From Spirochaetaceae bacterium (GTDB lineage: Bacteria; Spirochaetota; Spirochaetia; DSM-27196; SLAA01): 64,000 nt of DNA. The notes beneath the pieces were generated by a model. That model saw only the letters and a program-made list of their open reading frames with translations. It was not told where the DNA came from and did not search any database. The translations under genes and the position numbers were made by a program. Positions 56,289 to 64,000 of this stretch are shown one piece after another. The stretch's first letter is position 1, and every line of letters starts with the position of its first letter. The stretch covers positions 21,023-85,022 of the forward strand of contig PWQX01000086.1 in NCBI GenBank assembly GCA_003556605.1, in the 5' to 3' direction.

Positions 56289-56798
56289 TTACACGAACCC
56301 CCCGCGCTCCGGCTCAGCCAAGGGCGGCACTAACCGCAGCAGTGCAAACGCCGGTGGCGCCAAGAGCGAGTTATACGCCAGCTCAATCGCGAAGCGTCCG
56401 CTCAGTACACCGGAAAATGCCAATTCAATTCGAAAGACCGCTATCAGAAGCGAGGCAAGCAGTCCTTGGGTGAGCGTTGCGACCAATACTAGTAGGATCG
56501 GCAGCAAAATAGGATCAAGAAACATCTTTTCCTGCGTTTTCCCGGCGACATACCCGATGATCGTCTTGCTAAACGCGTGGAATCCCAATGGCGATAGGCT
56601 CAGAAAATCCTGGGTGATACCGGCAGCAAATCCGCCGAGCTCACCGGCAAAGCTTCCCTTCTTGTTGGCCAGGAACACCACCACGATGAGCGCGATGTCA
56701 GGAACCACCCCGGCGATCGCGATGCCGCGCAGAATATTGCTCTGCAGCAGCGCGAAACCCACCGCTATGATCGTAGCATACACCAAAGCAACCGACAT
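56289..56798 (-). CDS. mreD: rod shape-determining protein MreD
   Basis: 169-aa polytopic membrane protein between mreC and mrdA. Confidence 0.8.
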   Translation of the reverse strand: MSVALVYATIIAVGFALLQSNILRGIAIAGVVPDIALIVVVFLANKKGSFAGELGGFAAGITQDFLSLSPLGFHAFSKTIIGYVAGKTQEKMFLDPILLPILLVLVATLTQGLLASLLIAVFRIELAFSGVLSGRFAIELAYNSLLAPPAFALLRLVPPLAEPERGGFV

Positions 56799-56816
56799 TT
56801 CGATGTTGCCTCTTCA

Positions 56817-57674
56817 TTACTCCGTTGCTTCACCGCTATCCGCCGCGAGTACGAACACGTATTCCAAACGCGAGAAGTCCAGCAGCGACGCAATCTCAAT
56901 CTCCAGCGAGGTCTCATAAGGTCTTGAGTGCACCGCTTCTATAGTACCGATCTGAATACCGGGTGGGTACACTGAGCTCATGCCTGAGGTCACGATCATG
57001 TCGCCGTACCCGATCTCGGCCCGCGCCGAATCGGGGATGTATCGCATAATGAGCGCACCGGTACCGATTCCGCCTCCTTGAATGAGTCCGTCGTAACGCG
57101 AATCCCGCAAGCGGGCCGCAACATAAGATGAACTGTCAAAGATTGGTTTAACGACCGACGTTCTGCTCGTGACGCTCTTCACTCGCCCCACAAGGCCCTG
57201 ACGCCCCTCTTGTACCGCAATCACCGGCATATCAGACTGCAGACCGTCGCGCGTTCCGCGGTTCAAAGTGAGCGTCACAAAGAAGTTACCTGGATCGCGG
57301 GCAATCACTCTGGCGGGGATGTTCGCGAATGTGATCTCCTGCGAAAAACCCAGAGTCTCCCGCAGGGCAAGGATTTCGCGCTCAAGATCTTGAATATCGC
57401 GTTCGATCGCTTCGTATTCCCGCAGTTGCTCAAGAAGGTCTTCATAGTCCTCACGCAGCTGACCCAACTCCCGCACCGAGTTTACCGTCGAGCCAATGAA
57501 GCTTCCGGCACCGGATAACCCCCGCTGTGCGGAACCGAGAAGCGATCCTATCACTCCTATCGGACCACCGGTGACGCCGGGACTACTGAGCCCCATACTC
57601 AGCAGCGAAACAGTGAGGAGTACGACGAGCGTAATGGCAGCTTTGTGGGTGGAAAAACGATTTGTTCCTTTCAA
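56817..57674 (-). CDS. mreC: rod shape-determining protein MreC
   Basis: N-terminal anchor, a coiled coil ([34 protein letters not shown]), then beta-rich domains ([10 protein letters not shown]..., GLVGRV). ATGA overlap with mreB. Confidence 0.88.
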   Translation of the reverse strand: MKGTNRFSTHKAAITLVVLLTVSLLSMGLSSPGVTGGPIGVIGSLLGSAQRGLSGAGSFIGSTVNSVRELGQLREDYEDLLEQLREYEAIERDIQDLEREILALRETLGFSQEITFANIPARVIARDPGNFFVTLTLNRGTRDGLQSDMPVIAVQEGRQGLVGRVKSVTSRTSVVKPIFDSSSYVAARLRDSRYDGLIQGGGIGTGALIMRYIPDSARAEIGYGDMIVTSGMSSVYPPGIQIGTIEAVHSRPYETSLEIEIASLLDFSRLEYVFVLAADSGEATE

Positions 57675-58708
57675 AGCTTATTATAGATATGATGATGATC
57701 GTTCATCCCTTTCTCGTGCTCAAAAAACATTCCCGCACCCAACACAACACAGTTGAGCGGATCTTCAGCCCGGAAGCATGGGACCCCGGTTTCATTCGAC
57801 ACCAAGTGATCTAAGCCCTTTAGCAAAGACCCGCCACCGGTCATGACTATGCCCCGCTCAACGATATCTGCGGCCAGCTCCGGAGGCGTTTGTCCCAAGG
57901 TGCGCTTGATTTCCTCCACAATTGCGGTTATCGGTTCTTGCAGCGCTTCGCGGACCTCTACGCTGTCTATTTCCAGCCGGCGAGGTAGCCCGGTGATCGC
58001 GTCGGTTCCCTTAATCTCCATGGTCTCTATCTTCTTGTCCGGCGCCGCGTTCCCGATTGTTCGCTTCAGCTCTTCGGATGTACCTTCGCCGATGATGAGG
58101 TTGTGAACGGTGCGAACGTGCTTGATGATTGCTTCATCGAACTCGTCGCCGCCGAGCCGAATCGCGTTGGTAACAACCATGCCCCCAAGCGAGATGACCG
58201 AGATCTCGCTGGTACCTCCACCGACGTCGCACACCATATGGCCGGCGGGTTCATAAATTGGAATTCTAGCGCCGATTGCGGCTGCAAGGCTCTCTTCAAT
58301 CACCTTGACCTCGCGCGCACCGACCTTGTAGGCGCTTTCTTCAACAGCACGACGCTCAACCTCGGTAATACACGACGGAACGCCGATCACCATCCGGGGC
58401 TTGACCAGCCAGCGGCGTCGCAGCACTTTCGCGATGAAATAGCGCACCATTTTTTCAGTGGTCTCTAAGTCGGCAATCACGCCGTCTCGCAGCGGCCGGA
58501 TTGCGATGATATCGCCGGGTGTCTTCCACAGCATCCGGCGGGCATCCTCCCCAACCGCGACCACTCTTTTTGTACCCCGTTCAACAGCAACCACGGATGG
58601 CTCATCGATCACGATTCCCTTTCCGCGAATGTACACCAACGTATTACAGGTTCCCAAATCGATACCGAGATCGGTGGAGAACGCATTAAACAAGCTTCCG
58701 AACGCCAT
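57671..58708 (-). CDS. mreB: rod shape-determining protein MreB
   Basis: [12 protein letters not shown], actin-fold phosphate loops ([16 protein letters not shown]), [14 protein letters not shown]. Confidence 0.97.
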   Translation of the reverse strand: MAFGSLFNAFSTDLGIDLGTCNTLVYIRGKGIVIDEPSVVAVERGTKRVVAVGEDARRMLWKTPGDIIAIRPLRDGVIADLETTEKMVRYFIAKVLRRRWLVKPRMVIGVPSCITEVERRAVEESAYKVGAREVKVIEESLAAAIGARIPIYEPAGHMVCDVGGGTSEISVISLGGMVVTNAIRLGGDEFDEAIIKHVRTVHNLIIGEGTSEELKRTIGNAAPDKKIETMEIKGTDAITGLPRRLEIDSVEVREALQEPITAIVEEIKRTLGQTPPELAADIVERGIVMTGGGSLLKGLDHLVSNETGVPCFRAEDPLNCVVLGAGMFFEHEKGMNDHHHIYNKL

Positions 58709-58722
58709 CGGTTGTCACTCTC

Positions 58723-59262
58723 CTAGTTGTTCTGTAGGCTCTGCAGCGCCCCAGCGTGCTGTGGGTCCAGCCGAACCGCCTCGCGCCATTGAGCCCGCGC
58801 CCGTTCGCGATCGTCTTGAACCATATGCAACTCACCCAGCAGGTAATACGCATGTGCCGCGTCCTCGTTCGACGCCAACACGTCCTCCACCTTTTCGCGA
58901 GCTTCCTGGTACCGCTTTCCCGCAATCAGCACTTCAGCTAGGCGCAGTTGGGATTGCTGAATAAGATAGCTGTCATCGCTTACCGACAGAACGCGCTGGA
59001 AAGCGTATTCGGCATCAGAAAGCCTTTCAAGCTCCATCTGCGTCTCACCGAGGGTGAAATACAGCAGATCGTTTGGGTTCTCGACTACTGCAGCCTGCAA
59101 GCTTTCTGCGGCTTGCGAATAATCACCGCTCGCTGCGTAAGCTACTGCCAGATACTCGTGCGCATCGGCGGCATGGTACCCGTGTTCTAAAGCCCGGCTC
59201 ATGTACTCAACCGAAAGGTCGTAATAGAACGGACCGGTGTGAAAATATGCCTTGCTCAGCAC
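58723..59262 (-). CDS. TPR protein (C-terminal half of a possibly split gene)
   Basis: 179 aa with a GTG start. TPR units (HEYLAVAYAASGDYSQAAESLQAA; AHAYYLLGELHMVQDDRERARAQWREAVRLDP). Starts immediately after, and in frame with, the TAA of the upstream ORF. Confidence 0.6.
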   Translation of the reverse strand: MLSKAYFHTGPFYYDLSVEYMSRALEHGYHAADAHEYLAVAYAASGDYSQAAESLQAAVVENPNDLLYFTLGETQMELERLSDAEYAFQRVLSVSDDSYLIQQSQLRLAEVLIAGKRYQEAREKVEDVLASNEDAAHAYYLLGELHMVQDDRERARAQWREAVRLDPQHAGALQSLQNN

Positions 59263-59682
59263 TTAGTACAGCTCTCCACGCAGCTCGTCGCTGTCATGCA
59301 GAAGCGCCTTTCGAAGTTCTCGAATTGCGCCCTGCATATAAACGCGACGGTGCTCTTCGTCAACCTGTTCTAGCCCGGCGTAGAACTGTCCGAATCCCGA
59401 GTATATTAACGCCGTACGGTCCATTGGATTCTCAGCGAGTCGCGTTTCAGTCTCGGCAATAAGGTCTTGGTATCTCTCTTCAGACCATAGTTCAGCTAAC
59501 TCGGCGCGTCCGGCAGCGCGCACCACGTTGTAAAAAAACCGGTGCCCACCGAACAGCACAAACGCCAGCACCGACAAGAATACCACAGATGCTAAAATAC
59601 TTCCGGCTATCATGCGAGCAGATGGCTCTTGTCGTGTCTTCCCACGGGAAGCAAAGTTGAAGCGCGCTCTGGGGTATCTCAT
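59263..59682 (-). CDS. membrane-anchored TPR-like protein (N-terminal half of a possibly split gene)
   Basis: TM helix IAGSILASVVFLSVLAFVLF followed by helical repeats. Ends at TAA 59263-59265. ATG 59682 is preferred over the TTG 59718 given in the ORF track. Confidence 0.55.
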   Translation of the reverse strand: MRYPRARFNFASRGKTRQEPSARMIAGSILASVVFLSVLAFVLFGGHRFFYNVVRAAGRAELAELWSEERYQDLIAETETRLAENPMDRTALIYSGFGQFYAGLEQVDEEHRRVYMQGAIRELRKALLHDSDELRGELY

Positions 59683-59697
59683 GCTGAGTCTGGCGCT

Positions 59698-59726
59698 ATT
59701 AAAGTATTTTTTGGACAAAAAGTCAA
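59698..59726 (-). promoter_or_regulatory. candidate promoter TTGACT-N17-TTTAAT (minus strand) between rnpB and the TPR-mre genes
   Basis: Reverse complement reads TTGACT (59726-59721), a 17-nt spacer, then TTTAAT (59703-59698). ATG 59682 lies 15 nt downstream of the -10 element. Confidence 0.3.
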
Positions 59727-59765
59727 TCTATTGGTAGATATCGACAGATATCAGGCCGTCGATCA

Positions 59766-60139
59766 GCCGAGGAACGACAGGTCTGTAAGCCGGGTTCTGT
59801 ACGATCTGACGATCGCCGCCACCATCCGTCTGCGGTGCGCGTTTCCGCGCACCTGCAGCGATCTACCCGCAGAGATAGCAGGCGAGCAACCTCTCTGCTG
59901 CTTGATCTTGCTCCCGGCAAGGTTTACCATGCCGCCCGCAGTTACCCGCGGACCGGTGAGCTCTTACCCCACCGTTTCACCCTTGCTTCACCGTAGTGAA
60001 GCGGTCTGGTTTCTGTGGCACTTTCTGTCGCCCCGCTGGGGACGCCCGGGCGTTACCCGGTGCCGTGCTCTATGGAGCCCGGACTTTCCTCCGGAGCCGG
60101 CTCGGACTCCGGCGGTGGCGCGACCTGCCGTTCCTCGGC
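59766..60139 (-). ncRNA. rnpB: RNase P RNA, bacterial type A
   Basis: The reverse complement contains the universally conserved blocks GGAGGAAAGUCCGGGCUCCAUAG, GGUAACGCCCGGG, ACAGAAA, AGGGUGAAACGGUGGGGUAAGAGCUCACC, GGUAAACC, GAGCAAG and ACAGAACCCGGCUUA. The P1 stem forms between GCCGAGGAACGGCAGGUC (5') and GACCUGUCGUUCCUCGGC (3'). Ends are good to within a few nt. Confidence 0.95.
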
Positions 60140-60168
60140 GTCTCGACACAGTGATTCAAACCGCTGTA

Positions 60169-61197
60169 CTAATCGACTTCGTCGAAATCAGCATCCTCAT
60201 CTTCCTCGTCTTCTTCCTCCAGATCATCTTCTTCGAGGTCATCTTCGTCTTCCTCGAGCTCCGCCTCTTCGTCCTCGTCAAGATCATCGTCGGTTTCGTT
60301 CAAATCGAGAGGTTCTTCATCGAGCACATTTTTATCGGCATCATCGAGCGCTTCATCGTCTTCACTATCGTCTATATCGGTGGTGACAATGCTGCTATCG
60401 TCGTCAAAATCATCGTCGTCGAAGTCGCCGAGTTGACCCATAAGATCGACAAGGCCTTCGGCATCATCCTCAGGCGTCGGCAGATCTTCATCACCCATGT
60501 AGAAGACAATCTTGCTGCAGTATGGGCAGAATTTGATTTCGGAACCTTCGCGCACCTCGTTGACGAACTGATTCGGGAGAATCATTTGACACCCGCTACA
60601 CACACCCTTGCGCAGCGACACAATGCCTTCGCCCTCTTTGCTGCGAATGATGCGTTCGAACTTAAACAACAGCTCAGGATCGAGATCAGGAACGAGTTCG
60701 TGCTCGTCGGTCTGCAGGTTTCTCAGCTGATCCTGCTTTGCTTCTGTCTCGCCCTTGATTTTGGCCTGCTCCTCGGCGAGCTCACCCTCCTGCTGTTGTA
60801 TCATCGCTTCTTCGCGTTCCAACGAGTGCGACATCTCTTGGAAACCCTTTTCTTCACGCTGCAGCTCTTTGCGAAGCTCTTGCTCGCGCTCACCGGCGTC
60901 GCGGATCTCCTTATCGAGTGCTTCGTACTCGCGCTGCGTTTTGATTAGGTCCATTTGTCTCTCATAGCGTTCGCGCTCGCGCTCGGCTTCCTCGAGACGG
61001 AGCCTGAGATCGGTGATCTTCTTGCGAATCGCCTCGTACTTCTCGTTGTTCTCGATGTAGGTCTTCTTGAGGCGATTCAGCAGCTCGGTCTTTGTGGCGA
61101 GTGACTTGGGCAGATCGCGTATCTCAGCCTCGATCGCGAACTTCTGGGATAGTACGTTTTGTAAGGCGCGCAACTTATCGATTACGTCGTGGATCAT
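60169..61197 (-). CDS. coiled-coil / C4 zinc-ribbon protein (COG1579, DUF164-like) with a ~105-aa polyacidic C-terminal tail
   Basis: Long N-terminal coiled coil (QREYEALDKEI...), zinc ribbon CSGCQMILP...FCPYCSKIVF, then a tail of roughly 60 percent D/E ending DADFDEVD. Confidence 0.8.
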   Translation of the reverse strand: MIHDVIDKLRALQNVLSQKFAIEAEIRDLPKSLATKTELLNRLKKTYIENNEKYEAIRKKITDLRLRLEEAERERERYERQMDLIKTQREYEALDKEIRDAGEREQELRKELQREEKGFQEMSHSLEREEAMIQQQEGELAEEQAKIKGETEAKQDQLRNLQTDEHELVPDLDPELLFKFERIIRSKEGEGIVSLRKGVCSGCQMILPNQFVNEVREGSEIKFCPYCSKIVFYMGDEDLPTPEDDAEGLVDLMGQLGDFDDDDFDDDSSIVTTDIDDSEDDEALDDADKNVLDEEPLDLNETDDDLDEDEEAELEEDEDDLEEDDLEEEDEEDEDADFDEVD

Positions 61198-61217
61198 CAG
61201 CGTGACTCTCCTGTTCT

Positions 61218-62954
61218 TTACTGGTCTAGATAATCTTTTAGCTTACGACTACGCTTGGGATGCCGTAAGCGACGCAGCGCTTTCGCTTCGATCTGCCGAA
61301 TTCGTTCGCGAGTTACATTGAAGTACAAACCAACTTCTTCCAGTGTTAACGAATACCCATCTTCGAGACCAAAGCGCATCTTCAGTACCTCTTGCTCACG
61401 TTCGGGTAGAGAAGACAACACGCCGCGGAGCTGCTCCTGTAACAGCGTGAACGCGGTTTGATGCGCGGGGTTTTCAACGTCTTTGTCCTCGATGAAATCA
61501 CCGAGCAATGAGTCCTCTTCTTCCCCGATCGGTGTTTCAAGGGAGATCGGCTCACGGGCGACATTCTTGACCGACTTTACCCGTGCAACCGACCATCCGA
61601 GGCGTTCAGCGACCTCTTCATCACCCGGTTCGCGCCCAAGCATCTGCATCAATTGCCGCGACTCACGAACTACCTTATTGATCTGCTCGATCATGTGGAC
61701 CGGAACTCGGATAGTACGGGCCTGATCTGAGATCGAGCGCGTAATCGCCTGGCGAATCCACCATGTCGCATAGGTGGAAAACTTGTACCCTTTGCGATAC
61801 TCAAACTTCTCTACCGCCTTAATCAGACCGATGTTACCTTCTTGTACAAGATCGAAGAAATGCAGGCCCCGGTTGGTATACTTTTTGGCAATGCTCACGA
61901 CGAGACGAAGGTTTGCTTGAATCAAGCGATCCTTGGCGTCCTGCATCATGGTCTTACCGCGAACGATTTCTTGGGATTGCTCGAGAATGTCGTCAATCAC
62001 ATCCTCAAACTCAACTTCGAGGTTCTTCAGTTTTTTCTCAGTGGTCTGGATCTGGCGAATCTTGTCCTTGATCTGGTCGGCCGAGAGACCGAGCTCCTCC
62101 TCAATTCGTATGCGCTCTGAAGTCATCGCTAGTCCGCGGCCCAGACTCCGTAGCTCCCGCATGTTCGAAACGCGTAAACGTTTCTCAATCCGGGCCTGTT
62201 CCTTTTGGTGCTTACGGATCTCACGCGCGGCTGAAATGAACTTGTCGGAGAACGAGATGATCTCCTCGGGAAAAATCTCCACCTCTCGCAGCTTGGCGCT
62301 CAGCTCTCTGCGCTTCTTGCGCAGCGCGTTGTCTTCCAAAATATCGCCGCCCTTGGCGATAACTTTGTTCTTCTGCTCAAAATACAGCTTGAGGTCTGAT
62401 ACCGAGTCGCGCAACGCGTCACGATAGCATTGCGATAAGCGCCGGCGTTCAGCAAGAAACTCGGAGATTTCCTTCTTAGAAAGGTTCATCTCGCGAGGAT
62501 CCTTTCTTGAGAAGGCCCGCTGTGCCAAATGATACAGCTCAGGAATCAGCATTCCAGAGTGTTTAATGACGTTCCTGATGATGGTTTCGCCTTCTTCCAT
62601 TCTCTTAGAAAGCTCAACCTCTTGCTCGGCAGTGAGCAGATTCTCTCTGCCGATCTCCCGCAAGTACAGGCGTATAGGGTCGTCGACAAGGTTGTCCTTG
62701 TCGCCCATCACCAGCCGTTTCTTTTTCGTCGACTTCCGCTCGGCCGGCATTTCATCCTCGGGCTCCGCAGGACCGTCCTCCGCAAGGGAGACATCATGCT
62801 TGGCTAGAATGCCGATTACTTCCTCGATCTTCTCGGTATTAACGATTGAATCAGGCAAAAAATCACTCACCTCGTCATAGCTTATGCTATTTTTTTTTGT
62901 CTTCGCGTAGTCAATGAGTTTCAGAATCGCGGGATCATTCCGTAAATCTATCAT
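61218..62954 (-). CDS. rpoD: RNA polymerase primary sigma factor (sigma-70)
   Basis: Region 2 ([17 protein letters not shown]), region 3, region 4 ([31 protein letters not shown]). 578 aa. Confidence 0.97.
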   Translation of the reverse strand: MIDLRNDPAILKLIDYAKTKKNSISYDEVSDFLPDSIVNTEKIEEVIGILAKHDVSLAEDGPAEPEDEMPAERKSTKKKRLVMGDKDNLVDDPIRLYLREIGRENLLTAEQEVELSKRMEEGETIIRNVIKHSGMLIPELYHLAQRAFSRKDPREMNLSKKEISEFLAERRRLSQCYRDALRDSVSDLKLYFEQKNKVIAKGGDILEDNALRKKRRELSAKLREVEIFPEEIISFSDKFISAAREIRKHQKEQARIEKRLRVSNMRELRSLGRGLAMTSERIRIEEELGLSADQIKDKIRQIQTTEKKLKNLEVEFEDVIDDILEQSQEIVRGKTMMQDAKDRLIQANLRLVVSIAKKYTNRGLHFFDLVQEGNIGLIKAVEKFEYRKGYKFSTYATWWIRQAITRSISDQARTIRVPVHMIEQINKVVRESRQLMQMLGREPGDEEVAERLGWSVARVKSVKNVAREPISLETPIGEEEDSLLGDFIEDKDVENPAHQTAFTLLQEQLRGVLSSLPEREQEVLKMRFGLEDGYSLTLEEVGLYFNVTRERIRQIEAKALRRLRHPKRSRKLKDYLDQ

Positions 62955-64000
62955 CGATGAGCACCTTCAGCTTGTTCAGCTCCTTATCGAGGTACATCTT
63001 CTGTTCGAGTAACTCGTCGATTTGGTATTGGGTGTCGTCCCCGGCGACGGTTCCGGCGCCAAGCCGCCGCAGTCGAGACTCGATCTCACGCTGTTGCTGT
63101 CGGTAACTCCGCTCCTTGATATTGAGCACCGCGTCGTAAACAGCTCGCTCCTGGTTCAAAGCGAACTCATCAGAAGAAAGCTTCTCAACCACTACCCTAC
63201 GCAAATCGGGGCTATCGATCCGCTCGATCAACAGCTCAAGAGCACGCTCCTCCCTCCTGTACGATTCTTCCAAGGCCAGAAAGAGCGTTACCGCGTTCTT
63301 GTCCCGCAGATCATCAATGTCAAGCATCCGTCGGACGAACGTAAACTGGTCGCGGTTCGCAACAACAGCGACCATTAGAAACAAATCTGTCGTTATGATA
63401 ACTTCAGCAGGTTCACCCGGTGCATCTTGCGATGCACGGTGCACCCTCGGCGCTCCTCGCCTTTGGTAATCCTGCACGAGCGATTGGAGCTCAACCCCCA
63501 GAGTATCGGCGAATTGCCTCAAATAGGCGTCTCGTTTCACTTCGGACCGTACGGCTTCAATATAAGGAAAAACCTCCTTCATGGCAAACTCCTTGCCGTC
63601 TGGAGTGCCGCTGTCCACGCGCCGTAACGAGCGGGAAACGAGAAAGGTGAATACATCTTTGCTACACGATAACCTATTTTCTAACTCTTTGCTACCACCT
63701 TCTTCAAAAATCTCAGCTGGATCACTGCCCTCCGGCAGCTCACAGACCGCCGTTTTGAGCTCGGCGGTCTCAAGCAACATCGCCGCACGACGCGCAGCTT
63801 CCTGCCCCGCTGTGTCGCTGTCAAACACCAGCGTCACCGTGTCGCAGAGGCGGCGCAGCAGCCGCGTATGGTGCTCGGTCACTGCGGTGCCAAGCGGCGC
63901 GACCACGTTATTGACGCCGGCAGCGTGGCAGGCGAGCACATCGGTATACCCTTCGACCACAAAGACACGCCGCTCGCGGCGCACGCTCTCTTTCGCGACG
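62935..64000 (-). CDS. dnaG: DNA primase DnaG, C-terminal part (5' end outside the window)
   Basis: Toprim motifs [12 protein letters not shown] and [13 protein letters not shown]. The ORF is open to the window edge and overlaps the rpoD start by 20 nt. Confidence 0.9.
   Translation of the reverse strand, partial: VAKESVRRERRVFVVEGYTDVLACHAAGVNNVVAPLGTAVTEHHTRLLRRLCDTVTLVFDSDTAGQEAARRAAMLLETAELKTAVCELPEGSDPAEIFEEGGSKELENRLSCSKDVFTFLVSRSLRRVDSGTPDGKEFAMKEVFPYIEAVRSEVKRDAYLRQFADTLGVELQSLVQDYQRRGAPRVHRASQDAPGEPAEVIITTDLFLMVAVVANRDQFTFVRRMLDIDDLRDKNAVTLFLALEESYRREERALELLIERIDSPDLRRVVVEKLSSDEFALNQERAVYDAVLNIKERSYRQQQREIESRLRRLGAGTVAGDDTQYQIDELLEQKMYLDKELNKLKVLIDDRFTE

Noticed and set aside
59629-60948. 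439-aa ORF on the plus strand, the longest unassigned ORF in the track
   Set aside because: Its 5' third overlaps the RNase P RNA gene. The rest is the antisense of the Zn-ribbon gene, and the F/I/L/V-rich sequence is simply the complement of GAA/GAT/GAG acidic-tail codons. It has no start context and no family resemblance.
1-64000. Mobile elements, prophage, CRISPR arrays, toxin-antitoxin or defence islands, and tRNA or rRNA genes
   Set aside because: No transposase, integrase, Cas-like or nuclease-helicase ORFs were seen. No spaced direct-repeat arrays and no cloverleaf-capable intergenic segments were found. Gaps longer than 100 bp are accounted for by rnpB, the promoter and leader regions, and the recA-frame extension.

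Overview
By eye this is a GC-rich, gene-dense stretch of core chromosome from a spirochaete (class Spirochaetia, Treponema/Spirochaeta-like). Three things support that placement. The gene order tamB-bamA-skp-mutS matches what I recall for Borrelia BB0794-BB0797 and Treponema pallidum around TP0326. There is a 900-aa 'giant' GreA. The mreBCD-mrdA block sits downstream of dnaG-rpoD.

Almost all sequence is explained by about 55 housekeeping genes:
- recombination and repair: ruvAB, mutS, recA
- translation and RNA: the rimP-nusA-infB-rbfA-truB-ribF-rpsO-pnp array, rpsA, queA, tgt, dtd, rluB
- envelope: tamB, bamA, skp, lptF/G-family, murJ, mreBCD, mrdA
- nucleotide metabolism: tmk, dut, cmk, prs, mazG

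There is one clear ncRNA, a type-A RNase P RNA on the minus strand at about 59766-60139. I saw no tRNA or rRNA genes, CRISPR arrays, transposases, integrases or phage/defence-like genes. I did not find a convincing novel multi-gene system.

Observations worth a second look:
1. Three genes are each broken or ended by a single stop codon with an intact frame after it: ruvB (TAG at a conserved Glu), a TPR gene upstream of mreB (TAA), and recA (TGA followed by 70 coding-like in-frame codons).
2. A sigma70-like promoter is followed about 30 nt later by the only canonical intrinsic terminator in the window, directly upstream of rimP-nusA-infB. This is a leader attenuator or a small RNA.
3. A two-gene carotenoid-tailoring module (lycopene cyclase plus a CruF-like membrane protein) lies between mutS and comF.
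4. rnpB is embedded in a co-directional dnaG-rpoD-(Zn-ribbon protein with a ~105-aa polyacidic tail)-rnpB-TPR-mreBCD-mrdA array.
5. An uncharacterised, translationally coupled TPR/coiled-coil envelope operon lies at 38.5-41.7 kb.

All family assignments rest on motifs I recognised in the supplied translations. No alignments or database searches were run.
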